Assembly (NCBI GenBank): GCA_965214705.1
Contig: CBDCCI010000002.1
Coordinates: forward strand, 2,336,001 to 2,400,000
Length of the DNA: 64,000 bases
DNA from: Alphaproteobacteria bacterium
GTDB taxonomy: Bacteria; Pseudomonadota; Alphaproteobacteria; UBA828
Direction: 5' to 3'
Shown here: positions 1 through 8,487 of the stretch, piece by piece
Layout: every line of letters starts with the position of its first letter
Position numbering within the stretch: position 1 is the stretch's first letter
The notes under the pieces: model-generated
What the model was told of the DNA's origin: nothing
The model's input: only the letters and a program-made list of their open reading frames with translations
Database searches by the model: none
Program-made: the position numbers and the translations under genes

Positions 1-103
1 GGTCATCGAACTGAACTTCGAGGTGGACAGCGAGCCCAAGGACAGCAAGGGCCCGTCCGGGCAGAAGAAATACGAGTTCGGCATGTTTCGCGCCGCCGCC
101 TGA
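1..103 (+). CDS. 3' end of a CDS running in from the left edge (VIELNFEVDSEPKD...FRAAA*), possibly VOC/glyoxalase family
   Basis: Open frame from base 2 to TGA at 101-103 with typical codon usage; IELNF resembles VOC-family C-termini. Truncated by the window edge. Confidence 0.45.
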   Translation, partial: VIELNFEVDSEPKDSKGPSGQKKYEFGMFRAAA

Positions 104-179
104 GGCGGTCGCGCATCGCGGGGCGGCGATGCCGCTCGCCCCGCAATACTCCTTCCTATAAGGAACTGCGCGGCCTGCT

Positions 180-611
180 CTAACCCCGCGGGACTCGCGG
201 CACGCCGCTCGGCAGGGTGTCGTGGCGGGGCAGGTCGTCCGCGATCGGCAGCCACGGCATGCTATCGCGGAGAAAGACGTGCCGCTCCGGCGCAAGCGTC
301 TCCGGCTCGTCGAGCGTGCCCGCCATGATGTGGACCTCGCCGGGGTAGACCGCCGCCTCGTAGGTGAGCGGGGTGCCGCAGGCGCCGCAGAACTTCCGCA
401 CGACGTCCGGCGAGCTTTCGTAGATGCCGGGCGTGCCGGCCACGAAAACAAACCCGGTGTCACGCACGCCGACGAAGGTCGAGACCGGCGCGCCTGAAGA
501 CCGCCGACACTCCTCGCAGTGGCAATGAGAGACCCAGAGCGGCCCGCCCTCGGCCCGGTAGCGCACCGCGCCGCAGCGGCAGCCACCCTCGATGGTGGGT
601 GCGTCGCTCAT
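180..611 (-). CDS. GFA family (glutathione-dependent formaldehyde-activating / CENP-V-like) protein
   Basis: GGCRCGAVRY, CHCEECRR and FCGACGTPL Zn motifs. The real start MSDAP at 611 overlaps the xth stop (ATGA). Confidence 0.9.
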   Translation of the reverse strand: MSDAPTIEGGCRCGAVRYRAEGGPLWVSHCHCEECRRSSGAPVSTFVGVRDTGFVFVAGTPGIYESSPDVVRKFCGACGTPLTYEAAVYPGEVHIMAGTLDEPETLAPERHVFLRDSMPWLPIADDLPRHDTLPSGVPRVPRG

Positions 612-1381
612 TCCCTGAGCGTGCACCAGATCGGCGTGTGGTCCGAGGCCTTCACGCCGCCGCGTGGGCCCGAGTCGATCTCGCAGGCCTCGAGCCGGTC
701 CGCTGCCTCCGGCGAGAGCAGCAGGTGGTCGATCCGCAATCCCTCGCCCCTTTGCCAGCGGCCGGCCTGATAGTCCCAGAAGGTGTAGGCCCGCCGGTGC
801 GGGTGCAGCGTGCGGAACGCTTCCACGTAGCCGGAATAAAGCAGCGTGCGGAAGCGCGCCCGCGATTCCGGTTGGCACAGCGCGTCGTCGCGCCAGGCTT
901 TCGGGTCGTAGCAGTCGAGATCGGCTGGAATGACGTTGTAGTCGCCACCGAGCACGACCGGCTCCTCGTGGCTGAGTAGTTCGTCTGCGCGCGCCGCAAG
1001 CCGGTCCATCCACGCGATCTTGTAGGGAAACTTCTCGGTCGCGACCGGATTGCCGTTGGGCAGGTAGATCGAGGCGACCCGGACGCCGCCGGTCGTGGCC
1101 TCGACGTAGCGCGCGTGCTCGTCCTCGTCGTCGCCCGGAAGCCCGATGAAAACGTCCTCCAGCGGCCGCTTGCTCAGGATCGCGACGCCGTTGTAGGTCT
1201 TCTGTCCGTGGACGAGGAGGTTGTAGCCGCAATCCTCGATCTCGAGTCGCGGGAAGGCCTCGTCCAGCGCCTTGGTCTCCTGCAGCAGCACCACGTCGGG
1301 CTCGGCGCTGCCGAGCCACTCCAGCACGGCGGGCAGGCGGACCTTGATGGAATTGACGTTCCAGGTCGCGATCTTGAGCAC
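608..1381 (-). CDS. xth: Exodeoxyribonuclease III
   Basis: KIATWNVNS, LQETK, GDYN, YTFWDYQ, GLRIDHLL and SDHTP motifs. Confidence 0.95.
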   Translation of the reverse strand: MLKIATWNVNSIKVRLPAVLEWLGSAEPDVVLLQETKALDEAFPRLEIEDCGYNLLVHGQKTYNGVAILSKRPLEDVFIGLPGDDEDEHARYVEATTGGVRVASIYLPNGNPVATEKFPYKIAWMDRLAARADELLSHEEPVVLGGDYNVIPADLDCYDPKAWRDDALCQPESRARFRTLLYSGYVEAFRTLHPHRRAYTFWDYQAGRWQRGEGLRIDHLLLSPEAADRLEACEIDSGPRGGVKASDHTPIWCTLRE

Positions 1382-1385
1382 GGGC

Positions 1386-1760
1386 TCAGACGAGGGAGAA
1401 GGACGTGCCGCAGCCGCAGCCGGAAACAGCGTTCGGGTTCTTCACCTGGAAGGAGGCGCCGATCAGGTCTTCGACGTAGTCGATCTCCGAGCCCGCCATG
1501 TAGCCAGCCGAGACCCGGTCCACCAGTGCCACGACGCCGTCCCGCTCGATGGCGATGTCGTCCGGCCGCTGCTCGGTCTCGAAGGCGAAGCCGTACTGGA
1601 AGCCCGAGCAGCCGCCGCCCGAGACGCTGACGCGCAGCATCGTGCCCGCATCGGCCTCGTCGGCGATCAGCACCGCGATCCGCCGCGCGGCGCTGGCCGA
1701 GAGCGTGATGTCCTCGTCCCCGGCGGCGATCGGTTGAACTGTGTCGAATGCGCGTGCCAT
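1386..1760 (-). CDS. erpA: Iron-sulfur cluster insertion protein (HesB/IscA family)
   Basis: GGGCSGFQY and NPNAVSGCGCGTSF motifs; adjacent to xth as is common in alphaproteobacteria. Confidence 0.93.
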   Translation of the reverse strand: MARAFDTVQPIAAGDEDITLSASAARRIAVLIADEADAGTMLRVSVSGGGCSGFQYGFAFETEQRPDDIAIERDGVVALVDRVSAGYMAGSEIDYVEDLIGASFQVKNPNAVSGCGCGTSFSLV

Positions 1761-1903
1761 GGCGTCGGTTGGCCCTGCCTGAACTCCTGTGGATTAGATA
1801 GCGCTGCCCGAGCACTTGTCAATCGACGGGCGTGTAACTTGCTCACCGTGGCCTCCACCGCGATCCCGTGTTACGTGCCCTTGGGAGCCAGCGAGGATCG
1901 ACC

Positions 1904-1984
1904 ATGGCCTATCTTCTCACGGTCCAGGACTTGGGGCTTGAGATCGCTACTCCGGGCGACATCGTAAGGAGACTGATTCCATGA
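1904..1984 (+). pseudogene. Chimeric 26-codon ORF: duplicated start of the downstream membrane-protein gene fused to a probable PIN-toxin C-terminal remnant
   Basis: MAYLLTVQDLGLEIATPGDIVRRLIP*; the stop overlaps the antitoxin start (ATGA). The tail resembles PIN-family toxin ends of the type GIEVLTPGExLRRL. Confidence 0.55.
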
Positions 1985-2241
1985 CCGACCCTCGGCGCTA
2001 CAAGTATCCTCTGCAGTTGCCGGCATCCTTGAAGGACACGGCCGCACGTCTCGCTCGGGAGGACGGCGTATCCCTCAACCAGTGGATCGTCGCGGCGGTC
2101 GCGCAGAAGATCGGGGCCGTCGAGACCGCGGAGACTTTTCTGCGGGAGAGAGCGTCGGATGCGGTTGCGGGCGACTTGACGCGCTATCTGAATAGAGCGC
2201 CCGATGTCCCGCCCGAGCCGGGTGACGAACTGTCGCGCTGA
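1981..2241 (+). CDS. HicB-like / ribbon-helix-helix toxin-antitoxin antitoxin (orphan)
   Basis: YPLQLPASLK...AREDGVSLNQWIVAAVAQK RHH signature and PDVPPEPGDEL tail; AAGGAG RBS. Confidence 0.8.
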   Translation: MTDPRRYKYPLQLPASLKDTAARLAREDGVSLNQWIVAAVAQKIGAVETAETFLRERASDAVAGDLTRYLNRAPDVPPEPGDELSR

Positions 2242-2296
2242 CCCTCACCGCCCGTCCCCCGCCACGAGCCCGCCATCTGCCGAGCGAGGGTGAACC

Positions 2297-2752
2297 ATGG
2301 CCTATCTTCTCGCGATCCATGTCTTGAGCGCCGTCGTCTGGGTGGGCGGCATGTTCTTCGCCCTGCTCGTGCTGCGGCCGGCGGTCGGGCCGCTGGAGCC
2401 TGCGGTCAGGCTCGCACTCTGGCGCCGGGTGTTCGCGCGCTTCTTCCCGGCCGTGGGCGTCTCCGTGCTGGCGCTGCTCGCGACCGGGCACGCGATGATC
2501 CTGATCGAGCTCGGCGGTTTCGCCGCGATCGGGATGTCGGTACATCTGATGCAGGGCATCGGCGTCATCATGGCCCTGCTCTACCTCTGGCTTCTCGTCG
2601 GCCCCTATCGCCGCTTTCTGAAGGCGCTGGATGCGGGAACGCTGCCAGCCGCCGGCCGCGCGATCGAGGGCATTCGCTGGATCATCACCGTCAACCTGGC
2701 CCTCGGCATCGTGACCCTGGTGCTCGCCACCACAGGCCACTATTGGGACTGA
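2297..2752 (+). CDS. CopD-like / DUF4149 integral membrane protein
   Basis: HVLSAVVWVGGMFF and LVLRP motifs, four hydrophobic segments, VNLALG tail. Confidence 0.8.
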   Translation: MAYLLAIHVLSAVVWVGGMFFALLVLRPAVGPLEPAVRLALWRRVFARFFPAVGVSVLALLATGHAMILIELGGFAAIGMSVHLMQGIGVIMALLYLWLLVGPYRRFLKALDAGTLPAAGRAIEGIRWIITVNLALGIVTLVLATTGHYWD

Positions 2753-2806
2753 GAAGCGCGGGCGCAATCGGCGGTGTCTCGCGCGCCTCTGCCAGAGAAA
2801 GCACTC

Positions 2807-2933
2807 AATACTTTGTAATTGAAAAATAAAAGATGACATCATTGTGTGTTTTTTCTATACATCTATATTTCTCATGAGAAATCGCGCAGAAACAAATAAT
2901 AAATAACGAATCACCCTCACATTACAAAGTGTT
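2807..2933. promoter_or_regulatory. AT-rich regulatory region upstream of sbmA/bacA with a perfect 16-bp palindrome and flanking inverted repeats
   Basis: ATTTCTCATGAGAAAT at 2867-2882; ACTTTGTAAT (2810-2819) and ATTACAAAGT (2921-2930) form an inverted repeat; strongly AT-rich against the GC-rich background. Confidence 0.6.
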
Positions 2934-2983
2934 AATTTGACATATCACGCTTTTGTGGCCGACATAGGATCACGGGAGGCTTC

Positions 2984-4006
2984 ATGTTTCGATCTTTCTT
3001 TCTTTCCCGCGAATGGGCGCTCTGGGCCTGGGGCGGCATGGCGATCATCATCGGCGGCACCTGGTATCAGGTGCAGGTCGACGTTCAAATCAACGAATGG
3101 TTCGGCGAATTCTACGACGGTGTCCAGAAGGCGCTGGGCGAACCCGGCAGCATGACCATCGAAGAGTTCTACGCGCTGCTGCTCTCCTTCGGTCGCATCG
3201 CTGGCATCTACATTGTCGTCGCGGTGATGCTCAGCTTCTTCACCAAGCATTGGGTGTTCCGCTGGCGCCACGCGATGAACAACTTCTACATGGACCGCTG
3301 GGAGCGCTTGCGGCACATAGAGGGCGCCAGCCAGCGCATCCAGGAAGATACCCGCCGCTTCGCGATCATCATGGAATCCCTGGGCAGCCGTCTGCTCGAT
3401 TCCGTCATGACACTGATCGCCTTCCTGCCAATTCTCTGGCAGCTCTCGAAGTCGATCAAGGTGGTGCCGGTGATCGGCGAGCTGGATCATGCGCTGGTCT
3501 ACGCCGCCATCCTCTTTGCGCTGTTCGGCACGGCGGTGCTGGCGGTTGTGGGTATTAGGCTTCCGGGATTGGAGTTCAACAACCAGGTGGTGGAAGCCGC
3601 CTACAGGAAGGAACTCGTGTACGGCGAGGACCACGAAGAACGCGCCGACCCGCCGACCGTTCGTGAGCTATTTTTCAACGTCCGGCGAAATTATTTCAGA
3701 TTGTTCTTCCACTACATGTACTTCGATATCGCGAAGTGGTCGTATCTCCAGTTCGGCGTACTCGTTCCCTATATCGTTCTCGCGCCCACCATCGTCGCCG
3801 GCACCATCACCCTCGGTGTAATGCAGCAGATCGTCCGTGCTTTCGGGCGCGTGGAAGGCTCGTTCCAGTACCTCGTGCACAGCTGGACGGTCATCGTCGA
3901 GCTGATCTCGGTCTACAAGCGCCTGCGTGCCTTCGAGGCGGCGCTCTACGACCGGGGGCCCTATGCGGAACCCCCTCCATGCGGCCCAAGTCGATTCGGC
4001 CGGTAA
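2984..4006 (+). CDS. sbmA: SbmA/BacA-family peptide transporter
   Basis: MFRSFF start, INEWFGEFYD, FRWRHAMN, RHIEGASQRIQEDT, LPGLEFNNQVVEAAYRKELVYGED, ELISVYKRLRAFE. Confidence 0.92.
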   Translation: MFRSFFLSREWALWAWGGMAIIIGGTWYQVQVDVQINEWFGEFYDGVQKALGEPGSMTIEEFYALLLSFGRIAGIYIVVAVMLSFFTKHWVFRWRHAMNNFYMDRWERLRHIEGASQRIQEDTRRFAIIMESLGSRLLDSVMTLIAFLPILWQLSKSIKVVPVIGELDHALVYAAILFALFGTAVLAVVGIRLPGLEFNNQVVEAAYRKELVYGEDHEERADPPTVRELFFNVRRNYFRLFFHYMYFDIAKWSYLQFGVLVPYIVLAPTIVAGTITLGVMQQIVRAFGRVEGSFQYLVHSWTVIVELISVYKRLRAFEAALYDRGPYAEPPPCGPSRFGR

Positions 4007-4009
4007 CGC

Positions 4010-4906
4010 TCAATCGAACACAGGCGTGCCGTGGGCCCCTGAGTCCCTTAGCGCCCAGTAGAGCCGATCGAGCCGCTCGGTGACCGGGCCGGGGCAGGGC
4101 TGAGGCACCCGGCGGCCGGCGATCTCGCGCACCGCCAAGGCGCCACCGGCGGTGCTGCAGGTAAACACTTCGTCGGCGGCGTAGAGATCGAAAGCGGTGA
4201 GATCGCATTCCCTGAGCGGGAGCCCCGCGTCTCTGGCAAGCTCGATGAAGGTCTGGCGCGTGACACCGCGCAGCACATTGCGCCCCGGCGTGTGCACCAC
4301 CCCGTCCTTCACCGCGAAGATGTTCGACGCCGGTCCCTCGCAGGCATAGCCGGCCTGGTCGAGCCAGATCACGTCGTCGTAGCCGGCCTCCAGCGCTTCC
4401 AGCCGCGCCATCTGCGAGTGCAACCGGTCGAGGCACTTGTACCGGGCGTCGAGCGTGTCCGGTGAGAACGCCCGCAGATGGGTGATGTGAAGGCGAATCC
4501 CTGCGCGCCGCGTCTCCTCGTCGGCGAGGAAGATATAGGGCGCGGCCCAGACGATCCGCGTCGGCTCGAAGTCGCGCGGATCGGCGACCACGGCGTTGGG
4601 CGCGCCGCGCGTCACGATGAAGCGGATGCTGGCGTCGCGCAGCCCGTTGCGCCGGCAGGTCTGGACGATCGCCGCGCGCCAGTTGTCGCGGGTCATCGTG
4701 GTTTCCAGCCGCGTCGCGCGCAGCGAATCGAAGAATCGGTCGATATGCTCGTCGAGCTTGAAGATCGAGCCGCGCCAAGCCGAGACCACGTCGAAGACCC
4801 CGTCGCCGAGCAGGAACCCCTGGTCGAGCACGGAGATATTGGCCTCGCCGAGCGGCACGAAGTCGCCGTTCAGGTAGACGATGGGCTCGTTGGGCGTCTC
4901 GACCAT
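4010..4906 (-). CDS. Fold-type IV PLP aminotransferase (BCAT / D-amino acid / (R)-amine transaminase family)
   Basis: VYLNGDFVP, DQGFLLGDGVFD, EGPASNIF, LRGVTR, ADEVFTCST motifs. Start placed at MVETPN. Confidence 0.88.
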   Translation of the reverse strand: MVETPNEPIVYLNGDFVPLGEANISVLDQGFLLGDGVFDVVSAWRGSIFKLDEHIDRFFDSLRATRLETTMTRDNWRAAIVQTCRRNGLRDASIRFIVTRGAPNAVVADPRDFEPTRIVWAAPYIFLADEETRRAGIRLHITHLRAFSPDTLDARYKCLDRLHSQMARLEALEAGYDDVIWLDQAGYACEGPASNIFAVKDGVVHTPGRNVLRGVTRQTFIELARDAGLPLRECDLTAFDLYAADEVFTCSTAGGALAVREIAGRRVPQPCPGPVTERLDRLYWALRDSGAHGTPVFD

Positions 4907-4967
4907 TGCACGCATTCCGTGGTTGGTTAGAGGACGTTGTCGGCGATGACGATGCCGGCGCCGGCCG

Positions 4968-6032
4968 TCACTCGCGCCGCTCCTCGCCGGCGCGCCTGGC
5001 GGCCGGGCGGTCAAAGCCTCCCCGCAACGCGAGCACTTGCCGGCGCCCCCATTCCCACACCTGCTCCAGCCCGCCCGCGGCGCCTTGGGGTAGGAGCACG
5101 ACGATGGCGACGATCAGCGCGCCGTAGCCCATGTTCCTGATCTCGACGAAGTCCTTCATCCCCTCGTCCGCCAGCATTACCAGCGCGGCGCCCAGGATCG
5201 GCCCCCAGGCCCGCCCCAGCCCACCCACCACCATCATCGAGATCAGGAAGAGCAGCAGCGGCAGCGACAGGACGTTGGCGCCGATGACCCGGAAGTGCCC
5301 GGCGAAGACGCCGCCCGCGAGCCCGGTGAAGAAGGCCGACATGGCGAACACGAGCAGTTGGTACTTGAAGCGGTTGAGCCCGCGCGAGACGCCGTACTCC
5401 GGATTGTCGCGCAGCGCCCGAAAGGCGAAACCCAACGGGCTGCGGATGATGGCGAAGGAGAAGACCGTCGCCAGCACGAGCAGGAAGAGCGAGAGGTAGT
5501 AGTCGCCCTTCAGGTACTCGCGGCGGCCGAGCATCTCGCGGAAACCGAAGTCGCCGAACTTGGCGAGGCCCCGCGTACCGCCCGTGAAGTTTCGGCAGGT
5601 CACGCCCTCCATGTAGAAGCAGGCGGTGTCGGTGATGATGAGCAGGTACATCACCTGAGCGATGGCGAGAGTCAGCAGAGCGACGTAGGGCCCGCGCAGC
5701 CTGAGGCATGCGAGCCCGATGATGATGCTGAACAGGATCGACCCGACGCCGGCCAGCACCAGCGCGAACCAGAGCGAGATGCCGAGGTAGAGCCCCATCA
5801 TTCCGGTCGCGAAGCCGCCGAAGGCGAAGATCGCCATTTGCGCCAGCGAGAAAACGCCGGCGACGCCGAATACCAGGTTCCATTGGGAAACCACCGTCGC
5901 CCAGATGAAGAAGAGCGTGAGCTGGCCGATGAAATAACGCGACGGCCCGAGGAACGGGATCGCGATCATCACTGCGATCAGCACCACGCCGAAGGCGGCG
6001 TCCCGCCGCCAGTTGGGGCCCGTCTCGAACAT
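4968..6032 (-). CDS. Branched-chain amino acid-type ABC transporter permease (LivM-like)
   Basis: WNLVFGVAGVFSLAQ, LRLRGPYVALLTLA, SPLGFAFRALRDN, MVVGGLG motifs. Confidence 0.9.
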   Translation of the reverse strand: MFETGPNWRRDAAFGVVLIAVMIAIPFLGPSRYFIGQLTLFFIWATVVSQWNLVFGVAGVFSLAQMAIFAFGGFATGMMGLYLGISLWFALVLAGVGSILFSIIIGLACLRLRGPYVALLTLAIAQVMYLLIITDTACFYMEGVTCRNFTGGTRGLAKFGDFGFREMLGRREYLKGDYYLSLFLLVLATVFSFAIIRSPLGFAFRALRDNPEYGVSRGLNRFKYQLLVFAMSAFFTGLAGGVFAGHFRVIGANVLSLPLLLFLISMMVVGGLGRAWGPILGAALVMLADEGMKDFVEIRNMGYGALIVAIVVLLPQGAAGGLEQVWEWGRRQVLALRGGFDRPAARRAGEERRE

Positions 6033-6910
6033 CAGACGCGGCGCACCTGGCGGCGCCCGAACACACCGTAGGGCCGCCAAATCAGCGCGATGATGACCAG
6101 CAGCAGCAGCGCAGGAAACCCGAAGCGAACGCCGACGGCGAACTGCACCACGGACTCGAACAGGCCGAGGACGAAGGCGGCGATGAGCGCGCCGGGCACG
6201 TTACCGAGCCCCGCGATCACGCAGATGATGAAGGCCTTGAGCATGGGGTCGTAACCCATGGTCGGCGCGAGCGTGGTGATCGAGCTCAGCATGACGCCGG
6301 AGATTGCGGCCACGACGCCGGCGATCCCCATCACCTGGGCGAAGACCCGCCCGACATTGACCCCCATGAGCTGGGCGGCCTCGCGATTCAGGGCCGTCGC
6401 GCGGATGGCGCGGCCCATGCGGGTGCGCGAGAGCAGCGCCGCGACCAGCAGCATGGTGACGACCGCAAGCACCAGGATCACCACGTTCTGGAAGCGGATG
6501 AAGACGCCGGAAACGAAGAAGCCTTCCTCGATGGAGAAGGGCTGGAGAAACGGATAGGCGCCGTAGATCAGCAGCGTCACCTGTTCGAGGAAGATGGCGA
6601 GGCCGACGGTCGCGATGATGACGTTGGTCTCGAACGCCGGGTGCCGGTACATGAAGCGGAAGATGATGTGGTAGATCAGGAGTCCCACCACGAAGCTCAC
6701 GATCATCGCCGCCGGCAGACCGAGGTACCAGGGCAGGCCCAGGTGGATCACCGCCGAATAGGAGGCGTAGCCGCCGATGGTGAGCAGGGCGCCGTGCGCC
6801 ATGTTGAGCACGCCCATCGCGCCCCACACCAGCGAGAGCCCGATAGTGCTGGCGGCATACATGGCACCGAGCGTGAGCCCGCTGACCAGGATCTGGACGA
6901 ATGTTTCCAC
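6032..6910 (-). CDS. ABC transporter permease (LivH-like)
   Basis: GLTLGAMYA, LNMAHG, TRMGRAIRA, GLGNVPGA, RPYGVFG motifs. Confidence 0.92.
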   Translation of the reverse strand: METFVQILVSGLTLGAMYAASTIGLSLVWGAMGVLNMAHGALLTIGGYASYSAVIHLGLPWYLGLPAAMIVSFVVGLLIYHIIFRFMYRHPAFETNVIIATVGLAIFLEQVTLLIYGAYPFLQPFSIEEGFFVSGVFIRFQNVVILVLAVVTMLLVAALLSRTRMGRAIRATALNREAAQLMGVNVGRVFAQVMGIAGVVAAISGVMLSSITTLAPTMGYDPMLKAFIICVIAGLGNVPGALIAAFVLGLFESVVQFAVGVRFGFPALLLLVIIALIWRPYGVFGRRQVRRV

Positions 6911-6919
6911 TGCGCCGCC

Positions 6920-7636
6920 TCAGGCTCCGAGATAGGTCTCGACGATCTCCTCATGGAGGTCGAGCTCACTGGCGGTGCCCTGCCAGACGAATTCGCCGTG
7001 GTCGAGCAGGTAGATGCGATCCGCGAGATCGGCGACGCGGCTCGCGTTCTCCTCCACCAGAAGGATCGTCCGGCCCGCTTCCTTGAGCGTCTGGATCAGG
7101 CCGTAGATGGTGTCGATCGCAATGGGGGCCAAGCCGAGCGAGGGCTCGTCGATCAGCAGAATGCGCCCGCCCGTCATCATCCCGCGCCCGATCGCCAGCA
7201 TCCGCCGCTCGCCGCCGGAGAGCGTGGACGCGACCTGGCTCTCCCGCTCCTCGAGCCTGGGCAGCAGCGCGTAGACCTCCTTGAGGTTCGCGTCGGCCTG
7301 GCGGAAGGGCACGGGCAAGTAGGCCCCCATCAGGAGATTGTCGCGCACCGTCATCTCCGAGAAGATCATGTCCCCCTGTGGGATGTGCACGATGCCGCGC
7401 GCCACGATCTGGTCCACCCGCGCGCGGCCGAGCGCCTTGCCGTCAAAGCGAATCTCTCCCGCCATCGGATGAATCAGGCCGGAGACGGCGCGCAGCAGCG
7501 TCGTCTTGCCGTGGCCGTTGGGCCCGATGATGGTGATGAGGCCGCCGTCGGGCACCCCGAACGAGATGTCGCGCAGCACGCGCTGGCCGTGATAGCCGGC
7601 GTCGAGCGAGTCGACCTCGAGCAACGGCTCGCTCAT
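6920..7636 (-). CDS. ABC transporter ATP-binding protein (LivF-like)
   Basis: Walker A GPNGHGKTT, LSGGE signature, DEPSLGLAP. Confidence 0.92.
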   Translation of the reverse strand: MSEPLLEVDSLDAGYHGQRVLRDISFGVPDGGLITIIGPNGHGKTTLLRAVSGLIHPMAGEIRFDGKALGRARVDQIVARGIVHIPQGDMIFSEMTVRDNLLMGAYLPVPFRQADANLKEVYALLPRLEERESQVASTLSGGERRMLAIGRGMMTGGRILLIDEPSLGLAPIAIDTIYGLIQTLKEAGRTILLVEENASRVADLADRIYLLDHGEFVWQGTASELDLHEEIVETYLGA

Positions 7637-7654
7637 GCTCCCCTCACGCGCCGC

Positions 7655-8479
7655 TCAGGGGGCGCCCGGCGCGCCCTCGTCGGGCGACGGCTGGTCTTCG
7701 AGCAGGTGCCGGAGCCGCCGCGACGAGCCCTCCCCCAGATAGACGTCGACCACGGTCTTGTCGTAGACGAGGCCGGAAGCCGAGCCTTCGAAGATCTTCT
7801 CGCCGTGGTGCATGATCAGCACCCGGTCCGAGAGCCGCACCAGGAAGCGCATGACGTGCTCGATGAGCATGATGGTGAGGCCGCGTTCCTTGAGCCGCCG
7901 GACGAGCGCCATCACGTCGTCGATTTCCTGCGGGTTGAGGCCGCCGACCGGCTCGTCCATCAGCAGCATCTTCGGCTGGGTCGCGAGCGCGCCTGCCACC
8001 ATCAGGAGCTTGCGGTGATAGACGGGAAGCGTCTGCGTCGCTTCGTGGGCGACCTCGTCGAGGCCGACGAACTCCATCGCCTCGTCGGCGAGTCTCTGGG
8101 TCTCCCGGTCGAAGCGCATCCCGGGGACCAGCCTGTTGTGCCGGCCGAAGTAAGCCGCGATGAGTGTGTTCTCGCGTGCAGAAAGCGTGTCGAAACCGGC
8201 GTTTAGCTGAAACGTGCGCGCCATGCCAAGCTGGCAGGTGCGGTCCGGTGTCGCACGCGTAATGGTCCTGCCGTCGAAGGTAATGCTGCCGGCGGTCGCC
8301 GGGTTCAGGCCCGAGATGACGTCGAACAGTGTCGTCTTGCCGGCACCGTTCGGCCCGCCGATCCCGAGCGCCTCGCCCGGGAAGACGTCGAAGGTCATAT
8401 CGCGAACGGCGGCCAGGGCGCCGAAATACTTGTCGACGCCCTGGCAGGAGAGCAGCGGCTCGGATGCCGTCCGCTCCAT
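7655..8479 (-). CDS. ABC transporter ATP-binding protein (LivG-like)
   Basis: FGALAAV, GPNGAGKTT, ARTFQ, DEPVGGLN, IEHVM. Confidence 0.92.
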   Translation of the reverse strand: MERTASEPLLSCQGVDKYFGALAAVRDMTFDVFPGEALGIGGPNGAGKTTLFDVISGLNPATAGSITFDGRTITRATPDRTCQLGMARTFQLNAGFDTLSARENTLIAAYFGRHNRLVPGMRFDRETQRLADEAMEFVGLDEVAHEATQTLPVYHRKLLMVAGALATQPKMLLMDEPVGGLNPQEIDDVMALVRRLKERGLTIMLIEHVMRFLVRLSDRVLIMHHGEKIFEGSASGLVYDKTVVDVYLGEGSSRRLRHLLEDQPSPDEGAPGAP

Positions 8480-8487
8480 GACTGAAC

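Larger units (their letters stand above)
1890..2326 (+). repeat. 44-bp imperfect direct repeat (1890-1933 / 2283-2326) duplicating the RBS and 5' end of the 2297 gene and flanking the antitoxin
   Basis: 37/44 identity by eye, including the exact 18-mer ACCATGGCCTATCTTCTC at 1901-1918 and 2294-2311. Confidence 0.9.

Noticed and set aside
180-1319. 379-aa ORF appearing as an N-terminally extended GFA protein
   Set aside because: The extension is an alternative frame of xth; the real gene starts at 611 with an ATGA overlap.
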